A DNA stretch of 18,824 nucleotides from Candidatus Hadarchaeota archaeon (GTDB lineage: Archaea; CAYQAE01; CAYVLA01). How positions within the stretch are numbered: the stretch's first letter is position 1; each line of letters starts with the position of its first letter. The notes beneath the pieces were generated by a model. The model was given only the letters and a program-made list of their open reading frames with translations, was not told where the DNA came from and searched no databases. Below, piece by piece: positions 1-7,322 of the stretch. The stretch covers positions 1 to 18,824 of the forward strand of contig CAYVLA010000063.1 of assembly GCA_964452145.1 (NCBI GenBank), read 5' to 3'. The translations under genes were made by a program, and so were the position numbers.

Positions 1-1
1 A

Positions 2-160
2 GATGCGGTGAAGTTGAAGGACGAGGCCTTGTTCTGGGCGTACGCGATTCAATGGTTGGCCACAACCGCGGTGTCGCTGGGCGCTGGGGCAGTCCTCTGG
101 TCGCTGATGTTCAAGAGGTCCCTGTACCGCGAGGTTCACGCCACAAGGTGGGAGAGTTAA
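2..160 (+). CDS. 3' end of a single-pass membrane protein, paralog 1 of the 'LKDxALxWxY...YREVxxTR' family (5'-truncated by the window)
   Basis: Manual translation of frame +2 gives DAVKLKDEALFWAYAIQWLATTAVSLGAGAVLWSLMFKRSLYREVHATRWES* (TAA 158-160). It aligns without gaps to the C-termini of the ORFs at 1453, 10377 and 17776(-). Not in the supplied ORF track. Confidence 0.9.
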   Translation, partial: DAVKLKDEALFWAYAIQWLATTAVSLGAGAVLWSLMFKRSLYREVHATRWES

Positions 161-609
161 AGCTGTGGGGCGAGAAGATCCCGGATACAGGCAGAACTGA
201 CGCATTCACCACGCAGTTCATACCAGAACGCTGCGCTATCCCACATCCGTCCTTGCCGCGCGCATCCACGCATTCAGCCACACTCGAGCAGGCGAAGCCG
301 ACTAATACGTCCCGGGCGGTGCGGGAGCCGGCCTCTAGGCCCGGCCCGAGGGGGGTGACCAACTCTGATCCCTCACCCTGCCGATTCTGTCGATGTTCGG
401 ATCGCGGGAGGAAGCGTTCATAGAGCTAGGCTTCGCGAAAAGCTGAGACTATTTCCCAGCTCAAGGGAGCCGGCCGTGTCGACTGAAAAAGGCATTGACA
501 CGGCTCAGAAACTGCTGGTCGCGGTCAGGAAATGTGTGGGTGACAACGGGTGCGCGATCTGAAGGTGCCGGTTGACGCGGTCATCGAGAAGAAAGGGGTG
601 GCCGAAGCG

Positions 610-1255
610 GTGCGCATAAAGCATGTGGCGAGCCTGCTCTTCACCTACAGGTGCACGATCGCGTGGAAGCACTGCCTGTTCAACTGCTCACCCGATCAGC
701 CCCCGGTTCGTGCCTCCTTCACGGACGGCTTGGAGTTCCTGAGACAGATCCGTGCCACGGACAGGGTGACCCACATCGCTGGCGGGAAGCCGATGATCTA
801 CTATGATGAGATGCTCCGGATGTGGAGGGCGGCCAATGAAGAGGGATTCCCTCCCCACTTCTCCGAGACGAATGCCTCGTGGTGCGTGTCGGATGGCTTG
901 ACGAGGAGGCGTTACGAGGAGCTGAGGGATGCGGGGGCGAAGGGCGTGCTCATAAGTAAGTTGCGATCCGTACCACCTTGCGTCCGTCCCGCCTCGGTAC
1001 TTCCAAAGGGCGCGGGCGATCGCCCTGGAAGTATTCGGGGAAAGGAATGTCATGGCGAGTGCACCCTCCGCGGCAGAGCTTGAGCGAATGGTGCGGATCG
1101 GACGGAGCAAGGGATCAACCCTGAGCGAGGCCCGGATCAGTACCACCCCTGCCCATCCAGCCGGGCGAGGTCCTTTCCGCATCCATAATGGACGAGGAAG
1201 GTCTTCGACCGTTGACGATCGGGTGTGCATGCTCAGAGACAAAGCTACCGCCTAG
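610..1255 (+). pseudogene. Degenerate radical SAM protein gene (frameshifted, cluster motif broken, apparently 3'-truncated)
   Basis: TYRCTIAWKHCLFNC resembles the CxxxCxxC motif with the second Cys as Trp (TGG 664-666). GGKP (781-792) replaces GGEP, and ETNASW follows. A TAAG TAAG duplication at 953-960 shifts the frame; removing it restores LISCDPYHLASVP and joins the 1052-1255 ORF. Start may be GTG 610 or 550. Confidence 0.75.
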
Positions 1256-1415
1256 ATGATCTCAAGAGCCGGTGCCAGCGTCCGGGTCTACCCCAACCCA
1301 AGGCGCCGGGTCTCCCCAAAGCACCCTGAGAACGGGCAGCTGAGCTCAGCCTGGGATCGTCCGGCGGTGCGCGGTCTTCACCGGGCGACCAGCCTAGGAA
1401 CTCCAGAGAGAGGCA

Positions 1416-1428
1416 GGAACTATTATAA
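1416..1428 (+). promoter_or_regulatory. Archaeal BRE/TATA-like promoter of the 1453 gene
   Basis: GGAAC-TATTATAA in a GC-rich background, ending 24 nt before TTG 1453; spacing fits a leaderless transcript. Confidence 0.55.
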
Positions 1429-1452
1429 CAGTCGTTTCCATGAATCGGCGCA

Positions 1453-2631
1453 TTGAGAGGGGCGCCGCTCGTAGCCGTGGAATCACTTCTGTTGATTGCC
1501 TTCGATCTTGCCTTCGCCGTTCAGGCCTTCCCCTCTCCGACTGCGTCCAGGGTATCTGGCATGGTGATCGGCTGTGTCGGCTGCAACGAGTTCAGCGTCC
1601 TGTTCATGCAGGATCCTCTCTTCACCTGTACCCTGTACCCGCTTCCCGCGGACCTATCCGACAATGACAAGCGCAAGCTGGATCGAGTCTACTATCCGCG
1701 CACAAGGCAGGAACTGATTGACAGCTACGATGTGATGGTGTTCGATGACGCCCGGATCCAACACTTCTCATCGAGGCAGATTCACGACCTTGACTACGCC
1801 TTCAGAGAAGGGGGGATGACTGCCATAGTGGCCCCGGTCATCATGTGGGATTACGTCCTCCAGCCGACGATACTCCGTGACGTCGTTCCCATCTCCGAGA
1901 AGGGAAGCGTCCGCTTCGGGGCCTATCGGGTTACATTTCGAAGGGAGAGGGATCCTGTATTCCTTCCCTTTCTCGGGCTTGGTGTCGAGGAGGTCGTTGG
2001 AAGCCAGATGGCCGATATCGTGGCGAAGCCGGGGGCAACGATCTGGGCGGACCTGAGGCCTCGGAACACGCCTTGGCTGGTGTCTTGGAGGCCCGGGGGA
2101 TCGAATTCTGGCATGCTGTGGATTCTGGCCCACAGGTTCGATGACTGGTGGTTGGAGGACAATAATCCCTACGCCCTGGATGTTGCTACGAATCTGATAC
2201 TCTACTCGCTCAACAGGCCTCTGATCAGCGACATACAGGCTAGAAAGGAGGCCAAGCACCTCTTCGCCACATTCCAGATGCAGAAGTCCCTCATCCTGTC
2301 CATGATGGAATGGGCAGACGCCTTTGGGGCGAACACACTGGCCCTCTCCCGGCGTCTGGCGGGCTTGGATCAAGGAATGGCGGGTGCAATCGGGGATTAC
2401 CTTGAACAGGACTATCCTGCAGCTATCCACTTTCTGCAATCGGTTTCTCCGATCGCCACGGAGATCGCTCTAGAGGTGGTGCGGCTCAAGGATGGGGCAC
2501 TAATCTGGGTCTACCTGATCGAGTGGCTTGCGGTCACCGGAACCGGCATGCTTTGTGCATTCGTACTCTGGTTGCTGATGATCAGAAAGCGGGTATACAG
2601 AGAAGTGTTGGCGACACGATCAGGACCATGA
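1453..2631 (+). CDS. Single-pass (type I) membrane protein, paralog 2: N-terminal hydrophobic signal, DUF1355/GATase1-like head, helical stalk, C-terminal TM and basic tail
   Basis: 392-aa ORF. Hydrophobic N-terminus (LVAVESLLLIAFDLAFAVQA), family motifs QDP, RVYYPR..ELIDSYDVMVF, FGAN, LKDGALIWVYLIEW, WLLMIRKRVYREVLATR. Confidence 0.85.
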   Translation: MRGAPLVAVESLLLIAFDLAFAVQAFPSPTASRVSGMVIGCVGCNEFSVLFMQDPLFTCTLYPLPADLSDNDKRKLDRVYYPRTRQELIDSYDVMVFDDARIQHFSSRQIHDLDYAFREGGMTAIVAPVIMWDYVLQPTILRDVVPISEKGSVRFGAYRVTFRRERDPVFLPFLGLGVEEVVGSQMADIVAKPGATIWADLRPRNTPWLVSWRPGGSNSGMLWILAHRFDDWWLEDNNPYALDVATNLILYSLNRPLISDIQARKEAKHLFATFQMQKSLILSMMEWADAFGANTLALSRRLAGLDQGMAGAIGDYLEQDYPAAIHFLQSVSPIATEIALEVVRLKDGALIWVYLIEWLAVTGTGMLCAFVLWLLMIRKRVYREVLATRSGP

Positions 2632-2869
2632 CAGGCCCGTCGGGAATGGTGATTGTGTTCTGAACAGAGTCCCTCGTCCTGCCGATCATCTTCATGACTC
2701 ATGGATGCGGTAAGATCCGCCTCTTCGTTGCCACCGCATCACGAACTCCGATAACGGCCCTACGGAGATAGTCAGGGCAGGAAACAACGCCGACGAGGCC
2801 ATCGAGGCCTGCCCACGGAGGACAGAGGATAGGTGGATGGCCCTCCGTGAGTGGCTCTCAAGCCGTTTC

Positions 2870-5800
2870 TCAGCAGCCCTGCTCAAGTTCTTTGACTGAT
2901 GCGTCTGGGCCGACTTTCTGGGTTTCTGGTATGTCGAGAAGCTGGCAGGCAAGATCAATGAGAGCTCTGCGGATTCCGGCCACGACAGCCGGGTTCCACT
3001 GGGCATCGTGGGCCCTTTGCACGAGCTTACGCAGAGTGCGCTCGGCCTTGGTGGCATGAGCCTTCCGGCCCATAGCACGCGCCCGGGATATTGCCCGAGA
3101 CAGGCGCCATAGGCGCGCGTAGTCCTCGATGCCTATTCGTATGGCCTGCCACCTGACGCTCGGCACCGGATGCTGAGAGCCTTGGTATACCATCTCCCAA
3201 TCGTTTCCGTTCGGGTTTGGTCCCTGCCAGAGATCGTATGGCCGAGTGCAATATGACCAGAAACCTATTCCGGTTAGGCCCAGCTCCCATGCGCTCCAGA
3301 TCAGGCTCCAGTAGTAGGCGATGCCGATCATCTCCTTGACCCTACCCGCCGCCTCGTAGGTCCAAATGGCCTTCCCAGTCATCCGAAGGAAATCTATCCT
3401 TTCGTGGCTGGGCTCCGACACAACGGTTCCGAAGTTCGGTTGGAAGATATCCACCACATTCAGGACCCGTTTCATATCGGCAACCGTCATTCCCTTGAAG
3501 GGATCGGTGTAGACCTGCACCCGGGGATCGACCCGCTTGTAGAACCGGGCGTATCTCTCGAGATCGTCGATGAGCTTGCCTCCCAACAGGCCGGGCTCGT
3601 CCACGGGGTACAGCGCCCACCGGTCATAGCCAAAGCCCTTGGTCGATAGGTGCTGGACCCAGACAGGCAGGAAGGCTTCAAAGGCCTTCTCCCATTCGGG
3701 CGTGCCGACCGACGGACACCCCTCTGCGGGAACAACGGGGCTTCCAGGAAACAGGAACATGTCCTGTTCGCGGAGTCGATCCAGAATCCAGTCATGCTTC
3801 TGCCAATCGACCTCGGTCAGTCGTCCGGTGCGGTCGTAGACCGCCCTAGGCGCCCAATCCCCTGTGAGTACGAACACATTGGTATGATGGTCCTGCATGT
3901 CCTTGACGGCCGCATCGGCAAGGTCTCTCAGCGGGGACGAGTTGACGTATCCCCAGTTGCAGAAGCGCAACGGCATGACGGTCGGCAAGGAAACGCCGGC
4001 AACGGTCCACGATATGGGGATGTCCCATGTGGCATCGGCCGGAACCAAGGCACGCATGTGAAGGGTTGTTCGGTACATTCCCGGAACCAAGGCACGCATG
4101 TGAAGGGTTGTTCGGTACATTCCCGGAGCGAGCCCTCCCGTGCACACGTCGATCCACAGGCGGGCGTTCGCGGACGGAGGAAGCTGGACCAGACCTGCGT
4201 TGCCTAGATCTGCTAGGGCATCCGCGCCCATTGTGCCGGAGGCGGTCGGAACCCATACAACTTGGCGGAGCACCAGGTGATCGTCCACGGCTACGCAATC
4301 GTTTCCGTCCGATCTGAGGTTTTCGAGCCAGACCCTCACCGTAACTGGCCTATCAAGTAGGTTGGCCAGCTCGATGACCGAGGCATCATGTGCTCGGCGA
4401 TCGGTGCAGAGGATTAGTTCCCTGATCGGCATCCCTGAGGGTGCGCCTGTCTCGGGCTCGAAACATGCCCAGGGATGCTCGGGAATCCACGGGATGAACG
4501 CGGCGGATCCGCCCTGACACCCAGACTTCCGGGCAAACTCTGTGCAGCGTGCCAGTCGACGGAGCGATCCCAGCATCGCTCTGACCTCGGAGATCAGCTG
4601 GCGTCGCAGTGCGTTCGAGAGGCCATCATAATGCCCCATCCTGGATTCTATCTCCGACCATGCCATCTGCCTTCGTCGAAGAAGGGCCGCAGACTCCTCA
4701 CCGTCAGCTACAGACTGTGCCAGACTGGCGAGGAGTTGCCTAGCTTCGCTCCTTTCATCCTCAAAAAGAGACATGTTGACACGGCTCTCGCACCCGGCGA
4801 GAATCCGGCCCGTCCTACCGTCCGTTGCCTGGACCCTGACCAGATGGGTGCCTGTGGACAGGACCTCCAGATCCACCGAGGGCATTCGTGCGCTAAGCGC
4901 TGAGCGATGGGCAATTCCATCCGGTCCGGTCAACGTGATCTGAACCGGGCAGGCGGATATCGATCCTCTTGACAGGTACCCGACGCGAACCCGACCCAGA
5001 GCCCACTTCCCAAAAACCTCGGGTCTTATGCGTACGCCTTCGGTCTTCACCCTGCGTGCACGGATTCTCTTGTACCGACCGAGGAGGCGATTCCCGCGTC
5101 CGTCGAATGGGCCTCGGCTGGTGGGCCAGGGAACAGGGGATCCAACTGGTGACAACGTGCCGTAGCAACGCAGCTGGCCGGTTCGGTGAGCCACCGCGAG
5201 GACCTCCAAGAGGCCGTCGCCATCGATGTCCGCTATCACGGGTGCTCCGACCATGCCTCCCGGGAGATCGTGCTCCTCCATGAGTGCCCCTGTCCTGTCT
5301 AGGACCCGGAGAGTCGGACCCGATCTCTGGGTCAACAGGAGTTCGGGCCACCCATCTCCGTTCACATCGCCTGCGGACGGACCAAAAGGTTGGTCGCCCC
5401 CGCTGTAGGCTGTACTCCAGATGATGCGTCCCCTCCTGTTGAGGGCCTGAATGGCCCTACCGGTGTGTGCATAGACCAGTTCATCCACTCCGTCCCCGTC
5501 GATGTCCGCCAAGCTGAGGTCAACCTCGATGCTGCCAGCCCCAACCCCCCGCTGCGTCCACAACACCTCACCTGCTGGGGATATGCATCGAATCAGGTCA
5601 TCACCTGCACCGGCCAGTACGCATGCCCCGGCCCCGATGTCGCCCAGCACCGGGGCTGAGTACATGGCCGTCCCTTTGCACTCGACCGCCCACCTCAACC
5701 CGCCGTCGCTGTCGAGGCAGTATATGTGGCGATCGCCGGCAGAGAAAACGATCTCGTCCGCCCCATCCCCATCTATGTCTCCGACGGCTGCCGGGCCCAG

Positions 5801-6238
5801 CCCCGCGTCGTGGGCGTGAAAGCGCCAGACGATGGCTCCGTCATTGTCCAAGCCCGTTGCACATCCCGCCCGGTCTGTGGCGACGAAGGAGGTTTCCCTG
5901 CCTCCGCGCACGCAGCATGCATTATTGAAGGACGTCAACGATCCTTCTAGGTCCCTGATCCACCTCACCTCGCCGTACGACTCGAGGCAGGCAAGGAGTC
6001 CGGATTCGTCCGCGGCGAGTATGCTCGGCGCGGGCCGGCAAGAATCGTCGACCGTGGGCCATGCCGATACTCTGCACCCGATTTTGGTCCGCCATCGCTC
6101 CTGTCCCCGTCCATCGACCGCAACGATGTATCCAGTCGAAGTTCCGAAGACTATGGCAGGTTTGTTGTCGGCCACCATGGCCACGGGGCATCCAGCGACC
6201 TGAGCGTCGTCCACCGTCCAGCGGAGATTAAGCATCAT
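2870..6238 (-). CDS. Large modular protein (~1122 aa): N-terminal PQQ-like/FG-GAP beta-propeller repeats plus C-terminal DUF4091/GH123-like glycoside hydrolase-type domain
   Basis: Repeats GDIDGDGADEIV, DIDGDGVDELV, GDVNGDGWPELL, ADIDGDGLLEVL alternating with 'DG..RW' PQQ-like blades. C-terminal region has YPVDEP, IWTYE, GIGFWSY and PSVRWQAIRIGIEDY. Start placed at ATG 6238 (MMLNLRW) because the longer 6424 start overlaps the upstream gene. Confidence 0.75.
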   Translation of the reverse strand: MMLNLRWTVDDAQVAGCPVAMVADNKPAIVFGTSTGYIVAVDGRGQERWRTKIGCRVSAWPTVDDSCRPAPSILAADESGLLACLESYGEVRWIRDLEGSLTSFNNACCVRGGRETSFVATDRAGCATGLDNDGAIVWRFHAHDAGLGPAAVGDIDGDGADEIVFSAGDRHIYCLDSDGGLRWAVECKGTAMYSAPVLGDIGAGACVLAGAGDDLIRCISPAGEVLWTQRGVGAGSIEVDLSLADIDGDGVDELVYAHTGRAIQALNRRGRIIWSTAYSGGDQPFGPSAGDVNGDGWPELLLTQRSGPTLRVLDRTGALMEEHDLPGGMVGAPVIADIDGDGLLEVLAVAHRTGQLRCYGTLSPVGSPVPWPTSRGPFDGRGNRLLGRYKRIRARRVKTEGVRIRPEVFGKWALGRVRVGYLSRGSISACPVQITLTGPDGIAHRSALSARMPSVDLEVLSTGTHLVRVQATDGRTGRILAGCESRVNMSLFEDERSEARQLLASLAQSVADGEESAALLRRRQMAWSEIESRMGHYDGLSNALRRQLISEVRAMLGSLRRLARCTEFARKSGCQGGSAAFIPWIPEHPWACFEPETGAPSGMPIRELILCTDRRAHDASVIELANLLDRPVTVRVWLENLRSDGNDCVAVDDHLVLRQVVWVPTASGTMGADALADLGNAGLVQLPPSANARLWIDVCTGGLAPGMYRTTLHMRALVPGMYRTTLHMRALVPADATWDIPISWTVAGVSLPTVMPLRFCNWGYVNSSPLRDLADAAVKDMQDHHTNVFVLTGDWAPRAVYDRTGRLTEVDWQKHDWILDRLREQDMFLFPGSPVVPAEGCPSVGTPEWEKAFEAFLPVWVQHLSTKGFGYDRWALYPVDEPGLLGGKLIDDLERYARFYKRVDPRVQVYTDPFKGMTVADMKRVLNVVDIFQPNFGTVVSEPSHERIDFLRMTGKAIWTYEAAGRVKEMIGIAYYWSLIWSAWELGLTGIGFWSYCTRPYDLWQGPNPNGNDWEMVYQGSQHPVPSVRWQAIRIGIEDYARLWRLSRAISRARAMGRKAHATKAERTLRKLVQRAHDAQWNPAVVAGIRRALIDLACQLLDIPETQKVGPDASVKELEQGC
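4039..4127. repeat. Exact 42-nt tandem duplication inside the large CDS (in frame, 14 aa)
   Basis: CCGGAACCAAGGCACGCATGTGAAGGGTTGTTCGGTACATTC at 4039-4080 and 4081-4122, then CCGGA again at 4123-4127. Gives PGMYRTTLHMRALV x2. Confidence 0.97.
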
Positions 6239-6293
6239 CGCTACAACCAACCCGTTCTTCTGCACAGAGAGCGTGAACCAAGAGATCTTGGCC

Positions 6294-7115
6294 TCAGTCA
6301 CTCTGGCGCCACAAGCCCTCCCGCAAGCTGTTGCCGTGCCCTCTGTAAAGCTCGGCATGTTCGAGACGATGCCTGGCCTCTCGCACCGCGATCTCGGCTG
6401 CAGCCTCCATGGTCTCGCGACCAAAAGCTGCGGTGGCGTCTTGGGGAGCCATCCTACCGCCAGCCCCGATCAGTCTTTCCCCTTTGGGGGGCAGGAGGCC
6501 TAGGTCCACCGTGCCAGGGTGCAGAGCCAGCATGTGGGAAGTCTCCCAACCCCCTGCATGATCACCAGCACAGTCATACCGGTCCCTGACCAAGAGATAA
6601 TCCACGAATGCCCATGCAAGCATTCCGTGGTGCTTGCTATGCTGCCTCTGGTTGAACAGAAGAACAGCCGCACGGGCATGATCAATGAGTGGATAATGGC
6701 CCGCGACCAATACCCCTACACGGAATCCAATGCTCTCGAGTTCGCTCAGGATGTGTAGAAGAAGTCTCTGATAGTTGAGGACCTGATCTGTGGCGGTGAA
6801 GGGCTGTCGCTCGGGGGAGAAGTGTTCTGGGGTCAGACCCATCTTTGCGGCTATCAGGTCTCTGTCGGCTGCGTTGGCCTCCATCAAGGATTCTACCCTA
6901 CTTTCCCCGTAGTACAACGGTGGAAAGGCGAGTCCGCCCCCTTTGCGTGCGCAGAGGATCGCCATACCCTCCGCCTGAAGCGTATCCGTCCCGAGGCAGT
7001 TGTGAACACCGTGCCATTCAAGATTGCCCAGGGGGAGGTAGGCAACCGGGCATTCACCCCTCCGCCTCACGATCTGATCCGGTCGCAACATGTGGTAGCG
7101 TACTTCCGGTTCCAT
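6294..7115 (-). CDS. Creatininase / creatinine amidohydrolase family protein (273 aa)
   Basis: Motifs LPLGNLEWHGVHNCLGTD, AGHYP and DHAGGWETS. ATG 7115 is preceded by an SD-like GGAGAGGTGG. Confidence 0.88.
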   Translation of the reverse strand: MEPEVRYHMLRPDQIVRRRGECPVAYLPLGNLEWHGVHNCLGTDTLQAEGMAILCARKGGGLAFPPLYYGESRVESLMEANAADRDLIAAKMGLTPEHFSPERQPFTATDQVLNYQRLLLHILSELESIGFRVGVLVAGHYPLIDHARAAVLLFNQRQHSKHHGMLAWAFVDYLLVRDRYDCAGDHAGGWETSHMLALHPGTVDLGLLPPKGERLIGAGGRMAPQDATAAFGRETMEAAAEIAVREARHRLEHAELYRGHGNSLREGLWRQSD

Positions 7116-7154
7116 CTTCGCCACCTCTCCAGGGCATGAGCCGGGACTCCCTCG

Positions 7155-7163
7155 ATATAAATG
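7155..7163 (-). promoter_or_regulatory. TATA-like box (CATTTATAT) for the creatininase-propeller operon
   Basis: Minus-strand CATTTATAT about 40 nt upstream of ATG 7115, in the divergent intergenic region. Confidence 0.5.
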
Positions 7164-7290
7164 CACATGAGTTGATGGGACACGCAAGAGGAGCGTTCCC
7201 TACCGTGCATCCGCAGAAGGTCCGGAACCATCGCGAAATGTGTCACTGCAAAGCGGCCGGGACTGGCCTGACGGTATTCCGCATCCATGT

Positions 7291-7298
7291 CATTTATA
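7291..7298 (+). promoter_or_regulatory. TATA-like box (CATTTATA) for the ADP-ribosylglycohydrolase gene
   Basis: CATTTATA ends 24 nt before ATG 7323, which has no SD; spacing fits a leaderless transcript. Confidence 0.55.
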
Positions 7299-7322
7299 CC
7301 TCCCCTTGGCCGTGGATACCCC

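Noticed and set aside
52..423. ORFs 52-423(+) and 111-362(-), and the many short or antisense ORFs overlapping assigned genes
   Set aside because: No motifs, low-complexity Arg/Pro/Ser-rich composition typical of shadow ORFs in GC-rich DNA, and most overlap better-supported genes.
473..504. Hairpin GCCGTGTC/GACACGGC with an A-rich loop (terminator or SECIS-like)
   Set aside because: No U-tract, no in-frame UGA selenoprotein candidate nearby, and no recognisable RNA family.
1339..1350. 12-bp perfect palindrome GCTGAGCTCAGC upstream of paralog 2
   Set aside because: A few 12-bp palindromes are expected by chance in 18.8 kb, and it is not repeated upstream of the other paralogs.
4039..4127. 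42-nt repeat as a CRISPR array
   Set aside because: Only two abutting units, no spacers, and it lies in frame within a CDS.
6239..6424. N-terminal extension of the 1184-aa ORF
   Set aside because: It overlaps the creatininase gene by 131 nt and has no domain-like character; ATG 6238 is more plausible.
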